Assembly (NCBI GenBank): GCA_016178055.1
Contig: JACOUC010000035.1
Location: forward strand, 77,325 to 141,324
Origin: Chlamydiota bacterium
Lineage (GTDB): Bacteria > Auribacterota > JACPWU01
DNA: 64,000 bases
Direction: 5' to 3'
The notes below the pieces were generated by a model. That model did no database searches. It had not been told where the DNA came from and worked only from the letters and a program-made list of their open reading frames with translations. Of the stretch, positions 21,027 through 30,950 are shown one piece after another. A program made the position numbers and the translations under genes. The stretch's first letter is position 1. Each line of letters starts with the position of its first letter.

Positions 21027-21965
21027 TTAAACTTTTTGAGGCTTAGGAGCCGCGGAAGGTTTCTCTCCATTAGAAGGTGTCCAGTATCTCAATTTCTTTG
21101 CATTGGCAAGTTCCGAGGAGAGAACGCGCTTAATTCCATCTCCCATGACCGTTGGAATGGTGCGAACATAACCGACCATCATTTCTAATCCTCTCTTCTC
21201 CAATGAAGCGGCTTGATCACTCCCATACATCGCCCGATCCAGCGTGATATGACGTTCAATCGCCACAGCGCCCATCATGGCAGCAAGGACACCTGGAACC
21301 ATGGTCACTTCATGACCACTGTATCCAACAGGGCATTGATATTTTTTTCTTAATTCAACAATACATTTTAAATTCAGCGCCTCCTCAGGAACTGGATAGG
21401 CAGAAATACAATGCATAAGGACAAAAGGACAATCATAATTTCTAAAAATCTCAACCGCCCGATCAATGTCCTCGTAAGTGCTCATCCCTGTCGAAATAAA
21501 GGTGAGTTTTTTCTCCTGAGCAACCGCTTCTAAAAGATCCAGATGCGTCATCATAGGAGATGCAATTTTGTTATATTTAAGATTGTATTGCCGCATAAAA
21601 TGCTGGCTCTCAACATCCCAGGCAGAAGCAAACCACTCGATTCCAAATTTCTTACAATAAGCGTCAATCTCATCATATTCTCTTTTTCCAAACTCTAAGC
21701 CTTCCTTTTGCGCTCTTTGTGTTTTCCCCCACGGACTTTCTCGAGGTGAATCTAAAACCTCTTTGGAATAAACAATATCTATCGTGCGCTTCTGAAATTT
21801 TACCGCGTCACAACCTGCCTCTTTAGCCATATCGATTAATTGCTTGGTAATCCCTAAATCTCCATTGTGGTTAATACCAATTTCGCCAATAATAAATACA
21901 TGTTTAGCAATGGGCCAAGGGTTTTCTTGAATCAGGTCGCTTAAAAACTGAAAACCGTTATTCAT
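21027..21965 (-). CDS. N-acetylneuraminate synthase (NeuB) family protein without a C-terminal SAF domain
   Basis: EIGINHNG, KFQKR, GYSGHE, IERHITL. Confidence 0.9.
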   Translation of the reverse strand: MNNGFQFLSDLIQENPWPIAKHVFIIGEIGINHNGDLGITKQLIDMAKEAGCDAVKFQKRTIDIVYSKEVLDSPRESPWGKTQRAQKEGLEFGKREYDEIDAYCKKFGIEWFASAWDVESQHFMRQYNLKYNKIASPMMTHLDLLEAVAQEKKLTFISTGMSTYEDIDRAVEIFRNYDCPFVLMHCISAYPVPEEALNLKCIVELRKKYQCPVGYSGHEVTMVPGVLAAMMGAVAIERHITLDRAMYGSDQAASLEKRGLEMMVGYVRTIPTVMGDGIKRVLSSELANAKKLRYWTPSNGEKPSAAPKPQKV

Positions 21966-21988
21966 TTGTCCCTCCCTGAATAAATATT

Positions 21989-23845
21989 CTACCGCCCCTC
22001 ACGTAGAGGCTGCATGGATTGTTCATTAACAGATGTCGCAACTTGACCAACCTCTTGCATAATCTTACGTAATGACTTATTGATCTCTTGCGATTTTTTC
22101 CTTTTGAACTTCATGATGTGGAGGCATCTGATCTGAAAAAATTCACTCAAACGGAGAATAAACACCTTTTTAGGAAGCCTTAGAAATTCTGATCTCAACA
22201 ACTGATACCAAATAATAAACGTTCTAAAACGGTATAAATAAACAAGGGCAGGATAGTACCAATAGCCTGTTGAAAAGTTAAAATAACCCCCTCTGGAATA
22301 GTCGTCCGATGACACCTTGTCTTGAACCTTCAGCTTTTTCCAATTCTGAAACTTGCTAGGCCAAAAAAACTTCAACATCAATGGATATAAGAAATCATTC
22401 ATAAATCCTTTTACACTCAAACGAACCATGTTGTTATATTTTAAATAATGAGCCATCACTTCAAAAACCAATCTGCGCCTCCAAGACTGGACAGTAAAAT
22501 AATCGGTGTCTGTAAAATTCAAGAATTTGGTATCATCACGGGCGTCGACATTAGAAATGAGCATCAAATATTTTTCTTCATCTTCAAGCGTTTTACCCAG
22601 GAATCCTTTCACCCTTGCGTTTTCATAAACAGGCGTTCCAGGCAAAGCTTGAATGTAATTACAACTGATCCTATTCTGAGGATACTCTGGTAAAAATTGT
22701 GTGACTGATTTCATAAAATCAGTGGTTTCAGAAATCGTCTGCGGAGTTTCACCCGGCATCGCCAAAACCAATTGATAAGTTGTATAAATTCCCGCCTCGA
22801 ATGTCCAGCGAGCCGCATGATAATTCATATCCACTGTTGCTCCCTTCTCCATCACTTTGAGAATGGTTGGGCTCCCCGTTTCCATCCCATAATATACCGC
22901 CACACACCCGCTTTTTTTCAACCTCTTAAGTAAATCCAAATCCACGGAACGAACTCTCACTCCTGAGACAATGTATAAAATATCTAGCGACTGAACCAAT
23001 TCTATCAATTCATCCAGCGCTCGTCTGTCTGATCCAAAATTCTCATCGGCAAAATTGATAAAACCCACATTGTATCGATCCATAAGATACTTAATTCTGG
23101 AGATAATTTTTCCAGGCGGAAAATGGCGATACCCCTTATCCCAACGGTGACAAAAGGTACATCGAGCAACACAACCTTTCGCAGAGAGGACATTGCCCAT
23201 TTTCTTCCCATGGCGATGACTCTCTCGGCTCCGAGGATCCCGCGCAAAATCCTCCCTCCTTGTAAGAGGGTCCTTCACAAAATTATCAATTTTTGAAAAC
23301 TTTTCTAGAATAGTATAGTCAGGATCAAATAACTGGTCGGCAGCAATCGCCGTCTCATAACCCGTAAAAATAAAATCTCCTTTCCTATCTAAAAAAGAGA
23401 TTCCTTTAATTTGCCGAAGTGTTAAATCATCAAATGATGTACCTCGATTCTCAATATATCGCATGAGATTCACAATGACTTTCTCGCCTTCCCCAATGAC
23501 ACAAAAATCTACTCCACATAATCGATGAAGGATTTCTGCACTTGCGGCAAGATTACCACCGACAACAATCGTTACGTTAGGAACAACTTTGCGCAAGGCC
23601 TTCGCAAGTCTTTTAGTATACTCATAGGCGGTTGAAACCACAGCGCTGATACCAACCACGTCGGGTTGCTGCTCTTCAAAAAATCTAACCACTTCATCAA
23701 ACGTTGGCCTTAACCCATCAATATCATAGAAATAGATATCATGATAACCATGGGATTGAAGAGATTGAATAATGGCCATCGAACCAAAAGGAGGATAATC
23801 CGTCGGAACAGGGCGAATGGGAGTTGTACAAATTGTGATTTTCAT
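21989..23845 (-). CDS. B12-binding radical SAM protein
   Basis: N-terminal PPFG / PDVVGIS / VVGG cobalamin-type domain; CVARCTFC. Confidence 0.88.
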   Translation of the reverse strand: MKITICTTPIRPVPTDYPPFGSMAIIQSLQSHGYHDIYFYDIDGLRPTFDEVVRFFEEQQPDVVGISAVVSTAYEYTKRLAKALRKVVPNVTIVVGGNLAASAEILHRLCGVDFCVIGEGEKVIVNLMRYIENRGTSFDDLTLRQIKGISFLDRKGDFIFTGYETAIAADQLFDPDYTILEKFSKIDNFVKDPLTRREDFARDPRSRESHRHGKKMGNVLSAKGCVARCTFCHRWDKGYRHFPPGKIISRIKYLMDRYNVGFINFADENFGSDRRALDELIELVQSLDILYIVSGVRVRSVDLDLLKRLKKSGCVAVYYGMETGSPTILKVMEKGATVDMNYHAARWTFEAGIYTTYQLVLAMPGETPQTISETTDFMKSVTQFLPEYPQNRISCNYIQALPGTPVYENARVKGFLGKTLEDEEKYLMLISNVDARDDTKFLNFTDTDYFTVQSWRRRLVFEVMAHYLKYNNMVRLSVKGFMNDFLYPLMLKFFWPSKFQNWKKLKVQDKVSSDDYSRGGYFNFSTGYWYYPALVYLYRFRTFIIWYQLLRSEFLRLPKKVFILRLSEFFQIRCLHIMKFKRKKSQEINKSLRKIMQEVGQVATSVNEQSMQPLREGR

Positions 23846-23846
23846 T

Positions 23847-25013
23847 TTAAACCTGAGAATGGGCCATCATCAGTGATGGATCAGTAGATCTGAAATAATT
23901 TGGAACGAGCTTTCCCCTACTTTCAAGCATATGAAACATCATGTCAAATTGCTGTTGAATAAAGGGCGCATCGCCCTTCGTCCCGAAAATTTTTTGATAT
24001 TGACTCGCCCATGGAAATTGTAAATCGGGTGTCATTCCGTACAGTTCGATATTCAATTGAGCACTAAAATATTCGTTGTCAAAGCCAAACATCAAATAAG
24101 GGGTATCCTCAAGGTATATAGGCACTGCCGATCCAATGCACTGTCCCATGATTAAAGACGCTCTTTGGGTGAGTGCAACCCGATATTTTGTTGACATCGT
24201 CGCCTCCACGGACACCTCGATCTTTTCCCTCAAATCTTCAGGGATGGATACAGGATTCCAAAAATCATTCACAAGAAAGAACTTTACATTGTACTGATTC
24301 AATACCTTTCGCATAAAACTAAACCAAGTTGGCAAATCCGTGTTTCGACCAGGATGAGTCTTTGAATTCCGAATAAAAATAACAACAGGAATGAGGGGAT
24401 AACTTCTCTCAAGAAAATATTTTTCTGCCCACTCTAAGAGAACTTGACTCGATTGAAACTTTGGCACATAGCCCGTGCTTCGATAATAATCAGAAACAGT
24501 CTTCAAATGGCTCGCTTTCCGAGGTCTATAGACAAATCCATTCTCTGGATAGATCTGATGGGAATGCCGCACCCTTTGATAAAACGACAAAAATTTCATG
24601 CGGTCATCAAATATCACAAGCGTACTGACGCTTCTAAGAAGGTCTGCACATTCCGCTAAATTCATAATCCAATTTCTAAAAGTCGCTTCATTAACTTCGG
24701 GTTGATCTCCTCGATGTTTTTTATCACGGTCAGCAACAAGAACAACATCCATGTAGAAAAGAGAACGTTTGACTCTGGCCATTTCACTACTCGCAAGAAA
24801 TTCGGCAACACTATGATCGTAAGGATTCCCCGCAAAATCATAAATTGCTAACAGGGAATTTTTGTAGGCCCGTCCTGACCTAAAAAAACAACTCGTATTT
24901 TTAAGACAATTCTTAAGAGAATCAAAGGAACCTTTTACACGTTGCTTAACCTTAGAGTAAGTTATCCTTTTCAAAGAGGGACTCCTCCTTCTATTGAACA
25001 ACAAGAACATCAT
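23847..25013 (-). CDS. Hypothetical protein
   Basis: 388-aa co-oriented ORF; no motif recognised. Confidence 0.6.
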   Translation of the reverse strand: MMFLLFNRRRSPSLKRITYSKVKQRVKGSFDSLKNCLKNTSCFFRSGRAYKNSLLAIYDFAGNPYDHSVAEFLASSEMARVKRSLFYMDVVLVADRDKKHRGDQPEVNEATFRNWIMNLAECADLLRSVSTLVIFDDRMKFLSFYQRVRHSHQIYPENGFVYRPRKASHLKTVSDYYRSTGYVPKFQSSQVLLEWAEKYFLERSYPLIPVVIFIRNSKTHPGRNTDLPTWFSFMRKVLNQYNVKFFLVNDFWNPVSIPEDLREKIEVSVEATMSTKYRVALTQRASLIMGQCIGSAVPIYLEDTPYLMFGFDNEYFSAQLNIELYGMTPDLQFPWASQYQKIFGTKGDAPFIQQQFDMMFHMLESRGKLVPNYFRSTDPSLMMAHSQV

Positions 25014-25071
25014 TATTTAATTTATTGTCATTGTACATCATCAAAGGCAATCGCTCCACACTCACCTTAAA

Positions 25072-26112
25072 TCAATCCTCCATCTTAATCATGATACGCC
25101 CTGCATTTCCTTGTTCCAACTCTTTCAATGCTTGATTAATATCCTGAAGTCCATATTCATGCGTAATCATGCTCTTTAAGGGCAAATCTCCTGATAAAAA
25201 AAGGTTTGCGTAAAAAGGAATATCCTCATCTGTCTGGGCAGAGCCACCCCAAGAACCCAATATTTTTTTACCCTTAATTAAATCCATGGGATCAATCAAA
25301 ATCAAATCACCTTGAGATAAGTTACCCGCAATGACACAGATTCCTCCCTGGTCTCTTACAGATCGGAAAGCAGCCTCCATCGCCTGTTTTTTCCCCGAAG
25401 CTTCTATCGCATAATCCACACCCAATCCATTCGTCATATTGAGGATTTCAATTGCCACATCGCAAGACATTCCATTAATCGTGTGAGTTGCACCCAATTG
25501 TTTCGCTTGTTTTAATTTATGATCAAAAATATCGACCGCAATAATTTTATGAGCCTTAACAAAAGAAGCCGCCATCAAAGCACTCAAGCCCACTCCTCCA
25601 ATACCAAAAATAGCAACGCTCTCTCCCTCAGAAATCTTGGCCACTTTCAAAACGATTCCTGCACCCGTGGGAATCGCACAACCCAGAAGAGCAGCCTCTC
25701 GCAACGGCATAGAATCCAAAATAGGCGTAAGACGATTCTCGCAAGTAATGGTCCGCCTCATAAAGGTGCTAATTGCCCCAGAATTAACAGGACCTTCATC
25801 ACTCTGGTAAACCATCGAGGGGACATCCTTCCCTTTACCTTTAATCCAAGAAAGAACCACTCGATCGCCAGGTTTCACCTTCACAACATCGGAGCCCACT
25901 TCCAAAACTGTTCCAGAGCCCTCATGACCTAGGGTGTGAGGAAGAAAACGATCCGGTCCTCGTTTACCTAAAACTTCTAGAAGTTGACTGTGGCAAATAC
26001 TGCTATATGCAACATCCACAAGAACCTGTCCGGATTTAAGACTGGGTATCGTGACAGGAATAAGCTGCAGAGGTTTGCAAACTTCGAAAAGAACAGCTGC
26101 TTGGGTTTTCAT
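25072..26112 (-). CDS. Zn-dependent alcohol dehydrogenase family protein
   Basis: ICHSQ, GHEGSG, GIGGVG. Confidence 0.9.
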   Translation of the reverse strand: MKTQAAVLFEVCKPLQLIPVTIPSLKSGQVLVDVAYSSICHSQLLEVLGKRGPDRFLPHTLGHEGSGTVLEVGSDVVKVKPGDRVVLSWIKGKGKDVPSMVYQSDEGPVNSGAISTFMRRTITCENRLTPILDSMPLREAALLGCAIPTGAGIVLKVAKISEGESVAIFGIGGVGLSALMAASFVKAHKIIAVDIFDHKLKQAKQLGATHTINGMSCDVAIEILNMTNGLGVDYAIEASGKKQAMEAAFRSVRDQGGICVIAGNLSQGDLILIDPMDLIKGKKILGSWGGSAQTDEDIPFYANLFLSGDLPLKSMITHEYGLQDINQALKELEQGNAGRIMIKMED

Positions 26113-26194
26113 AAGAATGGGTGAGTGGTTACTGATATCTCTACTTATTATTCATACCCCTCACTCATAACCTCTCACCCCTCACCAAATAATA

Positions 26195-26851
26195 TTATTC
26201 CGCAATAAACCAATAATAATCGCCTGTATATCCGACTTCCTGAAAGAGTTTCTTCCAATCATTCACATGCATCATGGTTTCAGCGGTCAAAACCCATTTG
26301 TAAAGTTGTTCTTGCTCTTTTTCATTTCTCCAAGCATCCATGGTGATATAGCTGTGGCCACGGCTGACCCTCTGAATTTCTCTAAGGGCCTTCTTCAAAG
26401 GCTCAAGAGAAAGGTTGTGGATAGAATTGATAGAGATTACGAGATCAAAGCTTTTATCTGGAAAGGGTAAGCTTTCTGCACTCGCTACTTTAAGAAATGG
26501 TTTCACTGTAGGTATGGCGTGTTCAATGGCATATTCGCTCACGTCCACCCCTGCAACTTGGCATTCAGGCATGAGCTCTCTAAAATCATGCAACAAAAAT
26601 CCCTTTGCACATCCAATGTCTAAAACAGCAGCATTCTCTGGCAAACGATAATGATCGCGAAATCGTTTTGCGATATCTTTCCAACGCCCATCATATTTAT
26701 AGCCTCCATATCCCATCACACGAGGACCATCAAAAAACTCCCGACCAAATTGTTTAGCAATTCGGATAATTTCGGAAGTTTTCTCTTTGGCCCTTTGATC
26801 GTAATCACGAAGAGCTTTAGGGTGAGAATTTAAAAGATTAATTTCTGCCAT
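26195..26851 (-). CDS. Class I SAM-dependent methyltransferase
   Basis: LDIGCAKG, LPFPDKSFDLV. Confidence 0.88.
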   Translation of the reverse strand: MAEINLLNSHPKALRDYDQRAKEKTSEIIRIAKQFGREFFDGPRVMGYGGYKYDGRWKDIAKRFRDHYRLPENAAVLDIGCAKGFLLHDFRELMPECQVAGVDVSEYAIEHAIPTVKPFLKVASAESLPFPDKSFDLVISINSIHNLSLEPLKKALREIQRVSRGHSYITMDAWRNEKEQEQLYKWVLTAETMMHVNDWKKLFQEVGYTGDYYWFIAE

Positions 26852-26927
26852 CACGAAGGGCAATCCCTAATCCAAATAAACAATGCGCCATGGGTTCATA
26901 CCCGGTATGAACGACTTCATCATTCAT
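26838..26927 (-). pseudogene. 3' stub of an unidentified gene, read as a 29-aa mini-ORF
   Basis: MNDEVVHTGYEPMAHCLFGLGIALRDGRN*; diverged copy at about 28030-28085. Confidence 0.65.
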
Positions 26928-27979
26928 GACTTCTTCGCCTTTTCTACACCTTTGCTGAGCTCTTTTTCAAGCTCCTTAATCGCTGGAAAGCTTGATTTCA
27001 ATTTCTTCGGCAACGCATGCGTTAATTTATACTCTGATACCCCAATGGGTTTATGGATATCACTCATGGCATATTCTGCAACCAACTTATCCCGCCTCTT
27101 ACAAAGTAGAAGGCCGATTGTTGGGAGGTCCCCAACTTTACGCAACTGACTGTCCATCGCCTTGATATAAAAATTAAGTTTGCCAGCAAACTCCGGTTCG
27201 AAGTCCCCTGTTTTCAGTTCAACCACAACATAGCAATGCAAGCGAGTATGATAAAAAAGAAGATCTATAAAAAACTCTCGGTCCCCCACTTGAACAGGAA
27301 TTTGCCTGCCGATAAAAGCAAAACCGGCACCCAACTCCAGAAGAAAGCTCGTAAGATGATCTATGAGCTTATGTTCAAGCTCTCGCTCGCTAGAATCTGT
27401 AGACATGTTCAAAAAGTCAAAGATATAGGGATCCTTCAATGTTTGTTGAGCAAGATCGCCTTGGGGTTTAGGCAGCGTTAAATGAAAATTGCTAACGGCT
27501 TTCCCTTCCCGTTCAAAAAGACCGCTCTCTATCTGATGAACAAGAACGTTACGACTCCAATTATGCCTGATCGTGCCCTGCACGTAAAACATAGCTTCAC
27601 AGACGTCTTTGCATTTAGAGATAATGGCAATGTTATGTCCCCAGGGGATAGAGGTAATTTGGCCAACAACTTGTTGGCTAATTTGCTCTTCTTGGCTGTA
27701 AAATAAGTGCCACTGTTTGATATACTTTAAATTACTAAGTGAAAATCCTTTCATATCAGAAAATTCTGCCATCAAGTCCTTGCTGAGCCGAGGCAATAGA
27801 CCCTCTCCCCATTTTACGCTTTTTTGCCTGACAACAATATCCACGCCCATATCCCAATAAAGCTTTAACAGTTCAGTGTTTACACTGATCGCAGCTTTAA
27901 TCTGAGCACTGCGGACTCTCTTCTTAATATCCGAAAGCCAGGACTTGTATTCCTCGTCGCTCGTCAAATAATCTTTCAT
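26924..27979 (-). CDS. YhcG/DUF1016 PD-(D/E)XK nuclease domain protein
   Basis: LYWDMG, IPWGHN, KDPYIFDFL, IDLLFYH, VELK, GKLNFY. Confidence 0.92.
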   Translation of the reverse strand: MKDYLTSDEEYKSWLSDIKKRVRSAQIKAAISVNTELLKLYWDMGVDIVVRQKSVKWGEGLLPRLSKDLMAEFSDMKGFSLSNLKYIKQWHLFYSQEEQISQQVVGQITSIPWGHNIAIISKCKDVCEAMFYVQGTIRHNWSRNVLVHQIESGLFEREGKAVSNFHLTLPKPQGDLAQQTLKDPYIFDFLNMSTDSSERELEHKLIDHLTSFLLELGAGFAFIGRQIPVQVGDREFFIDLLFYHTRLHCYVVVELKTGDFEPEFAGKLNFYIKAMDSQLRKVGDLPTIGLLLCKRRDKLVAEYAMSDIHKPIGVSEYKLTHALPKKLKSSFPAIKELEKELSKGVEKAKKS

Positions 27980-28078
27980 ATTCTTAATGTCACAACCATC
28001 ATCGCTTTTTACGCATACAATCCAACACCGATGCCAAATAAATAATGGGCCATGGGATAATATCCTGTATGAACGACT

Positions 28079-28249
28079 TCATCGCCCATCATACCTATAG
28101 CCTCCGTATCCCATGATCCGAGGACCATCGAAAAATTCTGGTCCAAACTGTTTCGCAATTCGAATAATTTCTGGGGTCTTTTCCTTAACCCTTTGATCGT
28201 AATCCCGAAGGGTTTTAGGTTGGGAGTTTAAAAAATCAATTTCTGACAT
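28079..28249 (-). pseudogene. 5' fragment (56 aa) of a diverged allele of the 26195..26851 methyltransferase
   Basis: MSEIDFLNSQPKTLRDYDQR...GYGGYRYDGR*; 46/56 aa identical by manual alignment. Confidence 0.85.
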
Positions 28250-28258
28250 TTGAAATTT

Positions 28259-30067
28259 CTATTTGACACGAGACGATTCCACAGAAAAATCTTTTAAGGA
28301 TATTTCCATGGGTTGAATCGTCATATTTTCAAGAAATTCTTTTCTTTCCAATAACGGATCTGCATCCTCATTGGGTCTCCCAAACTTCACTTGAGGAACG
28401 ACTCTTTCTTTGGAAGCAATTTCAACATTACAAAATACAGGACCTTTCGTCCTCAAAACCTCTTTAATACCATCTTCTAGTTGTTGAGTGCTAGAAAGGC
28501 AAACTGTCTTGTATCCATAAGCTTGTGCCACCTTTAAAAAATCAGGAAAAGCCAATCCTCCTTCAATAGAGGAGGCAAAATAATTTCCTTCTAACCATTG
28601 ATCCTGAGTTTGCTGAATCATGCTATAACCATGATTATTGATTAAAAAGATTTTAATGGGCAGTTGATAACGTAAAACGGTTGATAGCTCTTGGATATTC
28701 ATTTGCAAACTTCCATCTCCTGTCACACAAATTACAGATTTTTTTCCAAGCGCTAGAGAACCTCCTATGCTTGCTGGCAAAGCCCAACCCATCGCTGTAT
28801 TATTGCAATCATGATATAACCTTTGATCTGCTTTAAAATCAAATGCCTGCATCATCCAAGCTACAGCACAACCTGTATCTACAAACAAGGCGCTTCCTTT
28901 CTCGCAAGCTTGAGAAAGAGCTTTTACGAAAACATATGGATTAATTTCTTTTTGCCGATAATACTCGTCAGGACAAATAGGATACTTTTCTTTCCAGAAA
29001 GCAATTTGCTCTCTCCATGACGAGATATCACTTTTAGAGAAATTGACCATGTGCTGATTCAATTGTAATAAAAAATCCTTAGCATTTGCATGGATGAGTT
29101 GTTCTATTTTCAACCCAAACCTTTCAAATTTTTTTAATTCACTCAGATCAATATCGACAACTATTTTTTTGGCTGCCCTCGCAAAACTATAAGGAGGGCT
29201 TCCTGTGGCTTTTGTATCTAAACGCGTTCCTATCGCTAAAATTAAATCTGCATTTTGGACAGCAAAATTAGCGTATCGAGTCCCATGGGTTCCAAAGGTA
29301 CCGATTAAAAAAGGATAATCTGATTCAAAGAGATCTGCCATCGCCCATGTAGGAGCAACTGGGAAACCGAATTGCTCTACTAAATTTTTTGCTTCTTCCT
29401 CAGCTTTGGCCAAACGAACCCCCCATCCTAAAATAACCACAGGACGCTTGGCTTCTTTTAAAAGCTGCAGGCATTGATCGATATTAAAATTAGATTTTCT
29501 AGGAGCTTTTCCCTGATCCAAAACAAAAGGCTCAAGTAACGCTGGATTAATTTCCTCCCTTTGAATATTGTCGGGAATATCAATCACCACAGGTCCGGGT
29601 CGATCTGATTTTGCAATATGGCAGGCTTTTCCCAATTCATATCTTATTTTCATTGCATCGAGAATCTGTACAGCATATTTTGTGACGGATTTATAAATAC
29701 CAATCGTATCTGTTTCTTGAAAACCCATTTGTCGAACACCCGTATCTTTTTTCATTCTAAATGTCGAAACCTGACCTGTAATATAAATGACAGGTACAGA
29801 GTCATAATAGGCACAGCAAACTCCGGTCAGCATATTGGTAGCGCCAGGGCCACTTGTTGAAATGGCCGCTCCTAAATTCCCCGTAAGGCGAGAATACCCA
29901 TCAGCCGCCATGGCTCCTGCCTGTTCATGCTGAGGACAAATAAATTCAATACCTTCGGTTTCTGCAAGAGCATGAATGAGATGAAGGGAGGCGCCACCAG
30001 AAACAGCAAAAACATGGCGAATGCCCTGTTGGGCTAAAAATCTTGCGACATAATCAGAGAGCTTCAT
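28259..30067 (-). CDS. ThDP-dependent acetolactate-synthase-like (YerE-type) enzyme
   Basis: HEQAGAMAA, TSGPGATN, GDGSLQMN...NN. Confidence 0.88.
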   Translation of the reverse strand: MKLSDYVARFLAQQGIRHVFAVSGGASLHLIHALAETEGIEFICPQHEQAGAMAADGYSRLTGNLGAAISTSGPGATNMLTGVCCAYYDSVPVIYITGQVSTFRMKKDTGVRQMGFQETDTIGIYKSVTKYAVQILDAMKIRYELGKACHIAKSDRPGPVVIDIPDNIQREEINPALLEPFVLDQGKAPRKSNFNIDQCLQLLKEAKRPVVILGWGVRLAKAEEEAKNLVEQFGFPVAPTWAMADLFESDYPFLIGTFGTHGTRYANFAVQNADLILAIGTRLDTKATGSPPYSFARAAKKIVVDIDLSELKKFERFGLKIEQLIHANAKDFLLQLNQHMVNFSKSDISSWREQIAFWKEKYPICPDEYYRQKEINPYVFVKALSQACEKGSALFVDTGCAVAWMMQAFDFKADQRLYHDCNNTAMGWALPASIGGSLALGKKSVICVTGDGSLQMNIQELSTVLRYQLPIKIFLINNHGYSMIQQTQDQWLEGNYFASSIEGGLAFPDFLKVAQAYGYKTVCLSSTQQLEDGIKEVLRTKGPVFCNVEIASKERVVPQVKFGRPNEDADPLLERKEFLENMTIQPMEISLKDFSVESSRVK

Positions 30068-30950
30068 GCCAAGGCATCTCCAATTTAGATGTGATAAAAA
30101 GTGTTCCCTCACGATAACTGGTTGGCATGTCATCTACATGGCTCACCCGTTTCCAACCCGTTTTTTGAGAAAAAAGACGAACACCCGTTTTTTGGAAATG
30201 TTCATAAATAGCCGTTGCATTGTTTGGATTACCCACTTCAATGAGACCATCTGTATTTGCCCAATGATCCCGATGGGTCCCCAACAGAACTTCTTTCTCG
30301 TGTCCTTCAATGTCTAATTTAACTAAATCAGCCCAGGAAAGAAGGGCATTCATGGCTTCAACCTTCACAGGAAATCTTTCAAGCTCGCCATAAGGATGAG
30401 CTTTCGCACCCGCCAGATGACTCCCGGTTGTATTTCCTAACACCCTCACAAATTCCATCTCTCCCGCTTGAGTCGAAACAGCTGTATTAAAGGCGTGAAT
30501 ATTCGAACAATGATTAAAGTCTAAATTTCTTTTAAAAATTTCAAAATGCTTGGGATCCGGTTCATAGGCATGCACTTCAAATCCACATTTGCTTAAGATG
30601 ATGGAATGAAGTCCAATATTGGCCCCAATATCAAGAACCCGTCGATAAGAACGACGATGCATCCAATAAAAACTAAAAATAATCAACTCATCCAGATCAA
30701 ACAAATTGAGAGAATCAACCGCGCCCATGTTATGGTAAGGAAAGGTTAAACTTCCAAAAGGTTTAAAATCTACAGGAACTCCATCATTATTTAGAAAAAG
30801 ATTTTCTATTTCACGACGCGCAATCTTCTTGAAAAAAGAATACAACGATGAGCCGGGTGCATGAAGAGCGCTCAAAGAAGGCAATGTTAACAAGAGTTCT
30901 TCAAGAACGAAAGTCGAAGAGACATTGACCGCCTGTAGACTAGGAGCCAT
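30054..30950 (-). CDS. FkbM-family methyltransferase
   Basis: DIGANIG, YEP, KLDIEGHE. Confidence 0.85.
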   Translation of the reverse strand: MAPSLQAVNVSSTFVLEELLLTLPSLSALHAPGSSLYSFFKKIARREIENLFLNNDGVPVDFKPFGSLTFPYHNMGAVDSLNLFDLDELIIFSFYWMHRRSYRRVLDIGANIGLHSIILSKCGFEVHAYEPDPKHFEIFKRNLDFNHCSNIHAFNTAVSTQAGEMEFVRVLGNTTGSHLAGAKAHPYGELERFPVKVEAMNALLSWADLVKLDIEGHEKEVLLGTHRDHWANTDGLIEVGNPNNATAIYEHFQKTGVRLFSQKTGWKRVSHVDDMPTSYREGTLFITSKLEMPWHEAL

